NCBI GenBank assembly: GCA_965649765.1
Contig: OZ287749.1
Coordinates: forward strand, 92,256,001 to 92,320,000
Length of the DNA stretch: 64,000 nucleotides
DNA from: Bispira polyomma
Lineage: Eukaryota
Direction of reading: 5' to 3'
The translations under genes and the position numbers were made by a program. Position 1 is the first letter of the stretch, and every line of letters starts with the position of its first letter. The notes under the pieces are model-generated. The model worked only from the letters and a program-made list of their open reading frames with translations. It was not told the origin of the DNA and ran no database searches. Positions 1 through 14,103 of this stretch are shown in pieces.

Positions 1-2350
1 AGTAGTTATAAAAGTTTCTACAAAACCTTAAAATATTTTTACCTGTCAGATATACTTTGCTGCCAAAAACAACTTGGCTGCCTAAATATACTAGCAAACA
101 ACATTTCCTTACTGCAATTTATATACATAGTATATGAAGAGTTTGTGGGTGTAAAGCTGAAGTGGAAGTCTAAATCACCCTGGATCAACACAGCATGCAG
201 CTTACTAAGCTCAGTGGTGAGGGAAACCTTAATGACAAACAATCCCCCCTAAAATCTGCCACACAACACTGCCACCAAGAGATTAATTGCAGCATTTGTT
301 GAGATTTTATGAGCTACAGAAGGGAACATTATCCCTCTTCCTCTAAACTATCTGCCTTTCTTTCTCTCCCACTCTTTTGGGGAGATTGGCAATGACTCTT
401 TAAGGTTTTTCAAATGAGTAAACTACCAAGGGGGACTGTTGAGGACATAGCACCTGTTAATGGTCAGGTCTTTTTGCTGAATGTTTTTAAAGTCACAAGC
501 CTTATTGGAAAACTGAACTTGTCTTGAGGTTTTACCAAAAATCTTTCACAACAAACAAAGCAGACTGCAATAAAAGAAGAAACTACTTTTGTAGAAAACT
601 TAAATTTCCAAATAATTTTCAATGTCTCTTTACTATACTCAAGAATATCAAAAACTTTAACTATATATCTTGGTAAATATAAAATACTGTAATAGTTGTT
701 GATTTGTTTTAGGAATTTAAACTGTAAAAAGACATTTTTATCTTTTATATAATGTGATAGCACCCGAAAAGAAAGCAAGTTTAGAAATGACTTACTGAAG
801 CACTAAAAAAGAAATTATTTGTTTGGCTCGCATGTTTCATGAAAAAACAAATGGATTAACTTGCTTTTTGTTGTTACTTTGCTCCTGCCACTACTAATGA
901 AAGTCTACAGACATTTAAATGAAGACCAGCATGTAATAGAACACCTGTACTTAACAAATTAGAACTTGCAATGTTTTAATCTAAAGCTTCAACTTTCTAA
1001 GAATTGGCCGAAAATTTTCAGATATATGATGACCAATTTTATAAATTGATGCCCTCTAAGTGTAAAGGAAACAAGGTGGTCGTACACCAAGTATAATATT
1101 GAATATTAATACTGACAATCTGAGTAATATTTAATAGCACAGATGCTGAAACTGCGCAGCTATTACCTGGAAGGATTCAGTTGAACCTGAGGCCAGGCTG
1201 TGATTATACACACCTGTGAAAATTACTCGCAGTTTTTGTGTAGACATAAAGCAAACAACATGTTAATGGTCAAGGTCATTATTCTAAGGTCAAATTGAGG
1301 ACCCACTAAGATGGAATATTAAATATCTACGATCCAGCTGCATATTTACATGTATATCCAACATAAACATTCTCAGTGTCAGAGACTTCCTCAAAGAAAG
1401 ATACTGAAATCTTCTCTACTATAACCAGGGCATCAAGGTAATAATATGTGCTACATATCAACATTCACATAGAGGGCCTTTTTGCATTACATTAAGTGCA
1501 GGAAAATATGCATAGCATTTTTTTGGGGGGTGTGTGGGGGTGGAAGTCTCTACACTGTTCTGTGAGACATAGTTCCTGGCCCATAATTCAAGCAAAATAT
1601 GCCACATAACAAGAGTAATGAAAAGAGAGGGGGGACCTAGAAGGATACTCTAGATGGCACAGAGCCACACAAAAAAACAAGTTCCAGATCTACCCTAATC
1701 CCCAAAATTAAATGAAAATAACTGTACATGTCCCAAAATATACAGGGTTACAATTTATTTTTGATACAAGATCAAATCTAATCTAACCAATATCCTTAAT
1801 GGTGCTTACTCTTTGTAGTAGCAGATTTTAAGACGCAACAACCAAAGTCATAGTTGAGTAGTAGCAAACCTACCACACAACAAGGGTGTGAGAGGAAAAC
1901 CGATGACAACTTAGCAAACAAAAACGTGACCTCAGCATTGAACGTAACGAAACACACGGTCAACTATCTTGAGCCCTTACTTCTTTTGATATATAGTGAA
2001 TATGTGTAACAACTGACTAATAATATCAGGGAAATTAAGGGAATACGTGTATTTCCTGGAAATTTTAGGAAATTCACTGTTAAATTAACTGTAACATTCA
2101 CATAGGGTGTTTAGACTCTTTGAAATCTGGTCATCAAATCACATTTGTTATACCAAATGGTATATTATGATATTTATTAAGTCTTACTACAGTAATAGTG
2201 TAGCAAATTCATCCTATGCATTATTCTGATAGTTTTCCAAAAGAGAACCAGCATGTCTCATAATTTTATGGCATGGTATTATACATGAAACAATGTGCTA
2301 ATAAAAGGTGTACAATCAATCAATAAGAGTGGCTTCATCTTCATCACTTA

Positions 2351-2776
2351 AGTGAGCGTTTCCATGCAGGCAACTTTCTGAGGCGACCAGCCGACGTGCA
2401 ACAGGCAATTTTCATGTTTCTATACAATTATTTGAGAAAAATAGATACCTGTATTTAAACCTGAATATCTTAGCCATTTCTAAACCGATTTTGATGCAAC
2501 AAAAAGCACAATATACCCGACAAAACAAGCTTCCTCACCATATTTTTATGAAATTTATACCTTCAGTAATTTTTGAGTTATTATAAAAAATCGGCAATGT
2601 TTACAAGGCAACGGCAATGCCAGGCGATTTTTTTCGCTCCTAGTAGCGAAAAAAATCGTCTGGCATTGCCTGTCGCCTATCGGCATTGCTCACATGGAAA
2701 CACTCGGTTTTAAATCAACTGATAGAGTCGCCGTCGGCCGTCGCCTCAGAAAGTTGCCTGCATGGAAACGCTCACT
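2351..2776. mobile_element. MITE with 37-bp perfect TIRs
   Basis: AGTGAGCGTTTCCATGCAGGCAACTTTCTGAGGCGAC at 2351-2387 and its inverse at 2740-2776, TA on both flanks. Confidence 0.85.
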
Positions 2777-4139
2777 TATAATGCAACAGAGTCGCTATTA
2801 TCCAAACATGTTGGTAGAACACAAGATTTTATTCACATAATAGAAGGTTCATATACATGTATCATAAGACATTTTCGTCATAAAAAAAACCCAAGAGAGA
2901 AAAACAAAAGTTTAGGGTGAGTGATAATGTGTTTTACAATATGAAATATTTGGCTACTAAGCGAAGCTCGAATAACAAGCGGTTTTTAACTGCTGTATTT
3001 TAGCACAAAAAGTGTCCATATATTGGATATTAATCTACAAAAAAATCCACAAGGTTTTTTCATACGTTTCCATGAAAAAGTGGAGCCCAAATTCTTGTAT
3101 GATGAAGTCATTGAACTCCATACAATATTGGCAGAAATCAATGCCAAACAGACTACGCTGTGCCCTCCCCCGGGTCATTTTTCTAAATGAATAGAACAGA
3201 GTTTTCTTCTCCCTCCTCAAATAGCTACTCAGGCAAAAAATTACCACGGTTATCCACCCAGAAATTGTTTCAATTAGCATTTCGCTTAACAGAGCAACCA
3301 TGTACCAACCTTGATTAAGCTATCACTGCTTTTTAAGCTTGGCTTATCACCTATAATATTAGTCTTCGGTTTATGTCTTAGTTAATATTCTTTATTATAA
3401 ATTCAATTATTTATTTGTGTATAAAAATCTGAAATTGTCGAATTATATTGCATCATATTTTCCCTGTAAAAAGGGCATGGTGTGCTTAAAGTAAAATCTT
3501 AAATTTGTAAATTACGACTAGAAATCATACTAAAACAGGAAAAAACGGAAAAAATAATAGAAAAACAATGTAAAAAGGTCAGGGTTACTAATCATACATG
3601 TCACATGTGCTGTCTGCACCTGAATGCATTTTTTATTATTATTTTTTTATTTGCTGCAATTTGATATGTATTAGCTATTCATTTTTTTTTTCTAAAAGAA
3701 CAATAATTGGAGTTCGGTTGTTTTTTTAAGAAATAAAAGTAACCAGGGGCCACAATGTGCCAAAAAAATGTACTGCAGATTGGCCTGGGAAAATTACAAA
3801 GTGATAACTTGAGAAGCAAGCATTCAGTAAATGTATCACCCATGTATTAATGTGAGCAGTTTCAACTTACATTCCCTGACAATCGTTTATGCAGCAAATG
3901 CAACAAGAACTTTTTCCCAGAGTTAGAGTTTGCAATAAGTACTTCTGGATTTTTGCTTTGTGTACGGTTTTTTACACATTTTGCTAAGAATGCAATGCTT
4001 TTGCAAGTTTTATGGACACTTGAATAAAGTGAATTAAAACTGGGGAACTTTCCCCATTTTGTTCCAAATGGACACTTATTTCTATAGACTATCGTAGAAT
4101 TGGCAATTTAAGGTAAAAGAAAATTTCACCAAGTTTTTA

Positions 4140-4272
4140 ATTTTTGACATTTTTCACGTTATAATTTTTGATATTTTTCACGCTATAATTTTTGATATTT
4201 TCCACCAAGTTATAGTTTTTGATATTTTCACCAAGTTATAATTTCACCAAGTTATAATTTTTAATATTTTTC
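4140..4272. repeat. about 23-25-bp tandem repeat
   Basis: GTTATAATTTTTGATATTTTTCAC units. Confidence 0.75.
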
Positions 4273-6000
4273 GTTGAAATTAAATTTCACTATTGGGCCA
4301 TTTTTTCTAGCTACAATATCAACAGACAAGTTCAAATTTTCACTGGGAATTACGTTTCACTATCCTTCTAACTCATCAGCTAAAATTACTGCCACAAGTG
4401 AAAATTTCCACTTATGCCGTACAGTCCCGTAATATTACTCAATACTACTGAACATTATCTATTTAATTAACAATCTGTTTATTACAATTTGTACTGAACC
4501 TTTTAAAATGTGATAAATTTGAAAACAATAGACAATCATTCGATGTATGTGAATTGTAAGAGTAGTTTCAATTTTCAATTGACAATAATAAGAGAAGCAG
4601 TTACACACGCTTTTGTCTATTTAGTAGGTGGAGAAGAAAGGACTAGATACTTTTAACGGGAAAAATCTTTCTAACTAATCAGGAATCTACACTGTTATTT
4701 TCCAGGGGCCACTGTATTTACAAAAGGTCTTCATCTGAACTTAGTCTTGAGTTCTTGGTCTTTGGTTTTGTCCCCAAAGCCTGGGATTATGGGTCCTAGT
4801 CCCAGTGACAGTAAGGGAAGATATGTGGTAAGTGTTAACTCTGCTCTATAACAGTAAGACTAACCAGTAGGTACTAATTAAGCAGTCTTAAATACTTTAG
4901 ATATACATGTAAAGCTTAAGACTAACCTAAGGCTAGAAGACCTTTTCGTGCATACGGCGCCAGACCTTTCAATTATTGATGATTTAATGAAATATTTCCA
5001 TGTTGTTAATGGCTGACATGTTTGTCCTCCCCTGAAGCAATATATATAAGATACACTTTATATCTTTATAATTTATATTACTGGAAACTTTCCAAATATT
5101 GACAAGTCCATGTACACTAATCATTACTGGGGAAAAAAACCCACTACGTATTGTACATTGTACCACATAGAAGGGCAAGTCAATAATACCCATTTGCTGG
5201 GATTACAACACTTTACCTGACTTTTTCCTAATACAAGGGACATGCTTGACAAAACATTGACCAGAGCGAACTGCCAACTTGAAACTGAAGTTCTGTCATC
5301 ATGTGACTTTTATGTGGACTTAGGAACCATACCAAAAATACAGACGAACCTCTATTATTGTAAAACCTCTATTATACTAAAATTCTATTAACTGAAAATA
5401 TTACATTTGATGAACTCATTTTCACTCTCATAAAGATAAATTTTCATATTGTTCCCTTTAGGTAATTAATGTACCTTTTATTATCCAAACAAAATCTTGC
5501 TATTCTAGCATGTTCGGATAATTGAGGTTGTAAGTTACAGTTTTACACAGGCTACTTACTCCAGAAACAGTAAACAATAAGATACAGTGGAACCATGCAT
5601 GTTAAGTCGAATTTGGAGGGACCATAAAAATTTGTTTTACTTAACAGAAATTCTATGTAACAGGATAAATTTTAATTAGAAATATAGCAATGAAACTTAA
5701 AAATAACTTCTACTTAACAGATAGTTCCACTTTTTAGAGTTCTACTTTGACTGTATATGCAAGAAAATATACTGCCTTGCCATTTCAATATAAGGTTCGA
5801 CAATAAACCCACACACACCCCTACCGCCCCTCCTAAGAAACCTGGTGGTGACATCAGAAAAACTTTAGGTCTAATATAGAAACCACTCCTGTTTACAAAT
5901 AGAGTAGTATGAAACAAGTGTTTTGTCAACACAATCCTCTCATCCACAAAGTTACCCAAAAATTTCTTCTGAATTACTTAAAAATCCTTAATATTTCTGT

Positions 6001-6273
6001 GGGTCGTATTCACAAAAGGTCTTTGTCTTAACTTAGACTAACATTACTTAACAGTACATTTATGGCTAAAATATTCAAGACTGCCAACTGTTAGTTCTTA
6101 GTATTAAGAGTAAAGTTACACTAAACAAAGATATTTACTTACTGTCACTGGGACTAAGACCAAAATCTTAACATTTTCAGTCAAAATCGAAGATAAAAAT
6201 CTTAAGAGAAAGACTAAGTTAAGTGTTCAGCTTAAAACCAAGTTAAGACTAAGACCTTTTGTGAATACGACCC
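6001..6273. mobile_element. MITE, GGG.CGTATTCAC TIR family (relatives at 4705-4961, 59174-59406)
   Basis: GGGTCGTATTCACAAAAGGTCTT ... AAGACCTTTTGTGAATACGACCC perfect inverted ends. Confidence 0.8.
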
Positions 6274-8024
6274 TATACGTTTCGCCCCAAATGATGGAGC
6301 CAGTTTAAGTGTGAGTGTAAAGTACTACATAAATTTTATCAAATAATATCAGATATATTAATATATATCTCAACAAAAAGTACAGGGTCTATGGATTCTG
6401 TATGGCTGATTACATTTTGGCCCTGTGTAGTATACACTTGTATACATATCTGTGCAATCCTGTTCTCAACTTGGCAGAGACTCAATATACTTTATATGAT
6501 TCACGTGTCATAAACATGTACAGAAACTGTCTAGAGTGACTGGATTTTACCGGTTTACACTGCTGTCACCTGAACGAAACGGGACACATACATACATACA
6601 CATTCGACACTTTGATGTACCATAGTGTCATAAACAACATAGATCTGATTTGTAATGTTATCATGTCCAACCCAAATACATATATTTGTACCAACACAAA
6701 TCCTTATACTTTTTCTTCATAAAAAGTGAGCTTAAATTATTCCATGCAGTATTGCTCTATCTTGGCCACACTATGATAATAATAATATACTTAACCTACA
6801 AAAACAAATGTATCAAACTATTTCGGCCACTACCACACATTGATGCATTTATATATTTTTTTGTGTTACGTGTACGAAAATGATAGTTTTCTGTACTGTG
6901 TAAACTGTATGTGTTGGTCTGCATGACATATGTTCAAATGGACTATTTCTTTTGCTAAATTTTGTATATTTCTAATCTTATGGTTCCTTTGCTAATTTTT
7001 TGAAGTTTAAAAATCCACAACCAATAATTTAAAATATCAATTTCTCTCTCTTTCTGCAGATTAGATACAATATATAAAACCTCTATTACTAAAACTTCTA
7101 TTTTCCAAATATATGACTTAATGAACTTTAGTGAGAATCAAAATAATTTATGAATCACTATTGCTTTATATTATACTAAAATCATAAAATGTTTCTTATT
7201 TCCTGAACCTTTTACAAAATCACTATCTCCAAATATGTTCGGATATTACTGATTCTACTGTTGAAAAACACATAAATTAATGGAAGCCTAAAAATAGAAA
7301 AAAATTCAAATATCTGGAAATCTTATGTAAGATCACTCTGAGGGTTTAAAACCTGAAATGATTCCACCCACAAAAATATGCTATTTCAGAGAAAAGCGCA
7401 GTGAGAAGCAAGACTTCTACAAAACAAACATTTTTCGGTAACATGTCCTTGATACTGGCCAAAGGAACTATTTTAGGCATGGAACAGACTTTTCAATGAA
7501 GCACATCTACCAGGTCACATAAAATTTGTAAATAAATTAGAAACAAAATTGTGAAGCCCCTTTTAGATTCCACATAGCTATGTTTCTAAAACCCATGTAC
7601 ATGTTTTCAAATTGGTGGCTACCGCGACAATCTTGTTTTTCAGAACAAGCCCAAAATCAATCCTAAATAAGCTATAATGACAAACCCATGCATTAAATTT
7701 AGTGAAGATTATCAGCAATACTTTTGCATTAAATCAATGGGAACTAAACTCAGATGTCAGATGGCAAAGCACAAACATTTGTCCTAACCCACAACACCAA
7801 GAACTGAATTATCATATATAACAAGAGTTGTCTTTTAACAAGAAAAGAGCGGCCCACGGCCGCTGACTAGTTTGCTATGCACATGCCTGAGGCCATGCAC
7901 ATGCCTGAGGCCCAATTTCTGGGCTGTACAATCGAGTTTGAGATTTTATCATGAAAACAGTGTAAAAAGAACCAAAACTGGCAAACAAAAAATTTATTTT
8001 TAGCTGTTATAGCTTGCAAAACGT

Positions 8025-8630
8025 CTGAAATTTTTTGACCAGGGAGAATTTGGCCAAGATATATGTTAGAGACAAAAAGAAAAAAAAAATTGACCAGGAA
8101 GATTTTGTTAAAATTATAGGTTGGAGACAAAACAAATATTAAATTTTGACCAGGGCAATTTTGTCAAAAGTTATGATTGGACATAAAAAAAAAAAAAAAA
8201 ATTGACCATGGCGATATTGTCCAAGTTACAGGTTGGAGACAAATGTTTTTTAAATTTTAATCACGGCAATTTTGTTCAAGTTATAGGTTGGAGATAAAAT
8301 GTTAGCAGGGCTATTTTGTCCAAGTTATAGGTTGGAGATAAAAAAAAATTGACCATGGCAATTTTTTGAAAGTTATGGTTGGAGATAAAAAATAAAAAAT
8401 TTGACCATGTTGATATTGTCCAAGTTACAGGTTGGAGGCAACATTTTTTCAAAATTATGACCAGGGCGATTTTGTCCAAGTTATGGGTTGGAGATAAAAA
8501 AAAAATTGACCATGGCGATTTTGTGCAAGTTATAGATTGGAGATAAAAACAATTACCCATCTTTCAAAAGCAGGCTTTTTTCTAAGTTATAGGTTTGAAA
8601 AAAAAAACCAATTAATTTTGACCAGTGAAA
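8025..8630. repeat. about 60-bp tandem repeat, about 10 copies
   Basis: Unit TTGACCA(T/G)GGC(G/A)ATTTTGTCCAAGTTATAGGTTGGAGATAAAAA. Confidence 0.85.
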
Positions 8631-10047
8631 GTATCCATTTTTAGCGTAATAATAACAAGAGGAAAGTGACCTTGTGGCCACAAATCTCGGAGACATCTAT
8701 CTATTTCTCAAGCTGTCTACCTAAAAGTAAACCAATATTATCTGTCAATGTATAAGTTACAACAAAAACGAAATATCTGTCTACCTATAACCTAAAATAC
8801 AATTGTCAATATATAAGTTACAAAAAAGGAAATTATTTGACAACCTATTTAAATATTAAAAAATATTATCTGTCTACCTGTCAACCTGTGTACCTAAAAG
8901 TAAAAAAAAATTGAATCAACTGTCTATCTGTCGACATGTCAACATGTAACCTGACAGGTCGACAAGTTAAAAAAAAATTTTTTTTAATTTTTTGATTGAA
9001 GGTAATTTTATATGGTTTAGGGCTAGGGTTTAGGGGAGTTAGCCATCATTCTTTAGCCTAAATATCTCTAACACTTAAAGTTAGGGTTTAGGGCTTAGGA
9101 GAGTTAGCCATCATTCTTTAGCCTAAATATCTGTTACACATAAAGTTAGATATAATGCCCTAACCCCTTAAGCCTAAAATAATTTCGACCTGACAGCTCA
9201 TCTTTTATAAATAATTAAAAAATTAGTCTACCTGTCGACCTGAAAAAAATGAAATTTCTACCTGTCGGCCTGTCTACCTAAAAAAAAAAATTTTTTTTTG
9301 TTAACCTGTCGACCTGTCTACCAAGAAAAAAAAATAAATATTTTTTTTTTTTTTTTTTTGTCAACCTGTCTACCTAGAAAAAAAAATAACTTTTTTTTTT
9401 TTTTGTCAACCTGGGGAAAAAAACATACCTGTGTCTCGTAAATTTGATAGTTTTAACCATTTTTTATTGGCTTATTTCACCCTAAAAAGTACTGTTCTTC
9501 GCGAATATTGGAGCTGTATTTTAATATAAAGATATTAAAATATTTATTATTAACGAATTAAGAAGGCTATCGAATCAACAAGAAATACTAGACTTCTTCA
9601 TATATCTCAATATACTTTCTAAATGCAATACATTACGATACGAAATTGAAAAAAAAGTTCAATGGAAATGTCATTCTTTAGCAACAAATTAAATATTACA
9701 AAAAATAAATACCTTTGCATCGTCTGTCAAAATGTGAGGCCATTATTTAGATTAAAGCAAGTACATACGTATCGATCGACACAGTATGATGAGAATGTAG
9801 GCGAAAATAGAAATAGTTCGCAGACTTTGCCTCGACTCCTGTGTTAATAAAATATATTCTAGCGAGATAGGAAGTTTTGAAAGCCGATTACCAACCGAAA
9901 TGCCCCAAAAATGATGAGAATGTAGGCGATTTGCAAGCCGCTTGTGTCAAATAAAATATACGAAAAGTGAAGACGTCAACACAAAAATGACGAGAAATGC
10001 TAGTACCGAGTATCTGAATACTTAAAAATTACAAAAAGACTGTAGTG

Positions 10048-10063
10048 TGGCGCCATCTAGCGG
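10048..10063 (-). promoter_or_regulatory. CTCF consensus-like site
   Basis: Minus strand CCGCTAGATGGCGCCA matches the CTCF core CC.C.AG.(G/T)GGCGC. Confidence 0.4.
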
Positions 10064-11319
10064 TCGAGACCGAAGTTAAAAAGGGTGCGTTTTCGCCAGT
10101 TGGAAGCATATTTAAAAGAAATTTATTTTCCCGTCAGTATGGGTGTATATATATCGTATATATATCCCAAACCCTAGTGTTTGTCACATATATATATACC
10201 TATTGAAACCTACGAATCTGACTGGCCCCACGAAAAATGGACATAACAAAATATGCGGTAATTGGGAGGGCAAAGGTTACATCTTATTTTACAAACAAAA
10301 TAAAAAATAAATAGATATATTAAGGCTTCTGACTCATCCTTAGTACCAACCACATACAACTGCAAAAAAACGAACTTAAAATAATGGACGAAACTGGTAG
10401 AAAGTGCTGTCTACAAACGAAAAACATCTTCTCAATACATGATCTCGGATGGCTCCACCCTCCGAGATAAAAACCGGGGCTTTTTAAAACGAGTATCAAA
10501 TTTCGGTTCCCTTGTTGTCGGCTGTATGTAGTCAGTTAAAATTTTGAACGATCTCGCCGCAGGTGAAGCTAGAATATAGAGACACAGAAGACTTCCGGAA
10601 ATGCGCTGAGATTTCCGTTTTCTTGTTGTTTCGAATTATTTTGTAAACGTGGATCCTAGAAGTTATTGTTTCGTAGAACTCGCCAGGAGTGCTGGGGTCA
10701 CTTTTAGATGTAAACAATTCTCACAAAGATCGTTTGTAACTGTATAATTTCCCAAAAAAAAGGTCTTATATTGGGGTGTTTTAAACACGTGGTATGCATC
10801 TGGTAAGTATGAAGTTGAATTTTCGGGCCGCTTGCTCTCTCATATAAACCACCTGAAACTGACGTCATAAACAGAATACTTCAAAACGAGGCTGTATAAG
10901 GCAAGGGATATCCCAACTTTCGTGTTCTCATAGAAAGTCCAATATTTACGGATTCGTTATTTGAATCGATCCCAAAAAACATCTGTAAGCACAACAGATT
11001 CAACTTAAGATACTACGCGATTTTCAAACCATAACTCCCTACCAGTTTCGAGATTTACTTGTCAACACGTTTTGTACACTTTCTCCATCTTTTCGAGTCC
11101 TGCTATGAACTAGTTTGCACATGCGCAGACTTGCGCAATGTGCAAACTAGTTAAAAATGACATCAACCCATAGTGTAACACCCCTCAGTTTGGCTGGGTC
11201 GAATGCTTTAAACCAATCCATGAAGGGGTTACATATTTCTAACATGGCCACGCCCTTTTCAGAATGAAATCAATCTAAGGCTGTGCATGTAAAAAAAATT
11301 AATGACAAATATTACATAC

Positions 11320-11936
11320 CTGCATTTTCTCTAAATCCAGGTATGGCCTCTGTATAACGATTGGACTGAGGCCGGAGGTCTGACGTGGTCGTTTCCTTGG
11401 TGATATCCAGCACGAATCACAAACGGGCGACACATTTGCAAGAAACAGTTTTGGTGAGACAGTTCTCCTGAGCCGCGAGGCATTCTTAGGAGGGCTAGAA
11501 CTAAAGTGACTTGGCACGGGCATGGCAATTAAATCCTTGACCTCTTCGTCCGAAGAGCCCAGGCCTTCGTGTGGCTGACCAGACTGCATCACCTCTGACC
11601 ACTTGCGCTTCTCGCGCTGCAGCTGTTGTAGGTTAATACATGCAAGCTCCTCCTCAGAACTGTTCCCTTCGTGTTCTGGCATATGAACTACACTGTCCGG
11701 AGTAGAATTAGCTAATTTTTGAACATTTTCAGAACTAGACCTACTTTTCGAACGCACACTGTCTCGGAAGTCAAGGGGTTTAATTGAATCTACGTTATTG
11801 TCCTGCTTCACACTACAACTGTTGAGGTTCATCTGACGGAATGGCATCCGAGAGCCAGCTGGTGAGTTAGCGGGCGACTGGAATGTACAGACGTCACCCT
11901 GTGTCTGGCTGGGCTGATTCTCACTGGTATCTAAGC
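11320..11936 (-). CDS. FAM53-like large coding exon
   Basis: ttttgtttaag|GC TTA GAT...ATG CAG|gtatgt; contains ORF 11299-11847, Ser/Pro-rich with basic motifs REKRKW and RKRPR. Confidence 0.82.
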
Positions 11937-14066
11937 CTTAAACAAAAGTAAAAACGAAAATCTGTATGCTGAATGGTTGTAAGTGTACCACACATAAATA
12001 TTCTGTCACTACTGTTTCCTTACCTATTTAGGCTGTTGTAATCTTTTACGGTTAAGATCATAACTACAACATCCAGGGTAAAAACAAGGTTTCCTTAAGA
12101 TGTTGCCTGTAGATGAATAAATAACTCTTAAATATAAACTTGTTCCTGAGATGTAGTCCCGATATGACATACACTTGAATCTGTCTATGTCAAACTTCAA
12201 TGGATCAAATAATAAATAGATATACCCGGTATGAACTTCTTGGAGGACTATCTGGATTTTATTCTGCCCGACACAAAGAATGACAATGGGTTTTATTCTG
12301 CTTGACAAAAAGAATGACAATAACACAACTGCAATAGATGGCAGCCCGGTTAAAAAAGCCATCATATATGAGTGGATTTGAAAAATCTGGTGATAAGAGA
12401 CAACACTTGCATTAATAGAAGAAGCTTCCCCCCTTTATAAAGTGTAGTTACCTTTAGTAATGGAGCAAATTTCTGCATTTTCTTCATCAGATTCTGTGCT
12501 GGAATCGCACACTTTGTCCTTCTTATCACAGTTTTCATCATCCTATGTTTGTATTGACAAATGGATAAACATCAGTAAATACATCATAGATAGTAGAACC
12601 TCTGTTATCCAAACAGAAGGTTCATAAAATAGAAGAAGCATTATCAGTAACAAAAATGCTGACAGAAATTTAGGCGTGTGAACATGAGTTTATAAATTTG
12701 AATATTCAGATAACAGAAGTTTGGATAATAGAGGATCTAATTTATAAAACAAACTGAGCTAAGGTTGTGAGTTATAGCTTTTAATACAGTGGAAACTTTA
12801 TTATCTGAACTTTGACTGTCCTAATATTTGATTTTATTAACTCAGTTTCACTCTACCAAATTTATATTTTCCTATTGTTTTGTATAAAAGTACCTCTTCT
12901 ACTTTTTTAACCTTCTAATATCTGAACAAAATCTTCCTGTCCTAACATGTTCGGATAATAGAGGTTTCAACTGTATTTACACCACTTTTTGAAGGAACAT
13001 TTCTTTGCCAGGTAAAACTTTATATAATTGGCATATATAATTGCAATCTTACTCTGGGAACTTCCATGTTGAAAACAACATCAATACACATACAATTTAG
13101 TACTTTATTACTACTGATAAATTGATAATACATGTATTGTAATACAAAAAACTTATGACCATTTAATGTGTGGTTTCTGGCATCATACTGTGGCACATTG
13201 CTATAAGGAAAATTATAAATATCTATGTCAAAAAAGATTCAACTTATCATGGGGTACAATGACTTTTTTAAGTATAGTTTAATGCCTATCAGACATCCAT
13301 GCCAGCTTATAGCCACTTGTTTCCAATTAGAATTTAGTAGGTCTTACGTCACTTTCAACAGCTTAGGTTGTACCATGATGGCCAGATTTAATTGTGGAAG
13401 AAACCACTGCTGACGCACTGTAAACCACTGAACCACGGCAAGTACCTCAGTCCTGACAAAATTTTTCACATGAAGGGAGAAACAGGATTCAAACCCAAAT
13501 TAATAAGATTGTGAAGTAGGCGCTACTAACCACTAGGCCACCATGGCCCCTTGTCTCATATTACAATGCAAGTCACCATGGCTAGCATATTCTACAAATT
13601 TATTGTGGTACAAAATATGCAGGCACTCATGATACAGCTAGGTTGGTTCATAGTACCATTTGATGCATTTACTTCTGCATGCAAAACAGGACAAATACAC
13701 TAAATAATTCTGTACATTCACTGATAGCCTGAAACCAGCGTCTGTTTCCGATAATGATTTCTATTATTTAGTACTATTTGCTACCGCAAAACATGATGGA
13801 TTGTGACCCGACCGGTATTACAAAAACCTGTGCACAAACTCTGGCATTCAGCATAACGGTTGGGTCATATATAATACCATCTGCTTGGCTTAAAAGAACT
13901 AAACAAGGGAACTTAACATTGCAAACATAAGCTGGTTTAAGAATATGAATTAATGTACAGAGTACTTTACCTTATTTTGAAGACATTTGTGTTTCACACA
14001 ATGAAAGAAGTGTCCTGCGGCATTATGATGAGACTGGTTTAATGAATGCAACAGTTATATATATAT

Positions 14067-14103
<37 letters not shown>

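Larger units (their letters stand above)
7838..10835. mobile_element. Helentron-associated (HINE-like) composite element(s) with internal tandem repeats
   Basis: Starts AACAAG...GAGCGGCCCACGGCCGC (subterminal hairpin) with inverse GGGCCGCTT at about 10825; internal 60-bp array, CTGTC(G/T)AC microrepeats, CpG-rich body; boundaries uncertain. Confidence 0.45.

Noticed and set aside
400-480. Candidate terminal exon for the FAM53-like gene (QKDLTINRCYVLNSPPW*)
   Set aside because: Poor pyrimidine tract and no homology.
8276-8560. 94-aa ORF with internal repeats
   Set aside because: Translation of the 60-bp tandem array.
9015-9175. TTAGGG-like runs (also 39676-39720, 60831-60868)
   Set aside because: Only 2-3 imperfect units inside interspersed repeats; not a telomere or a true interstitial array.
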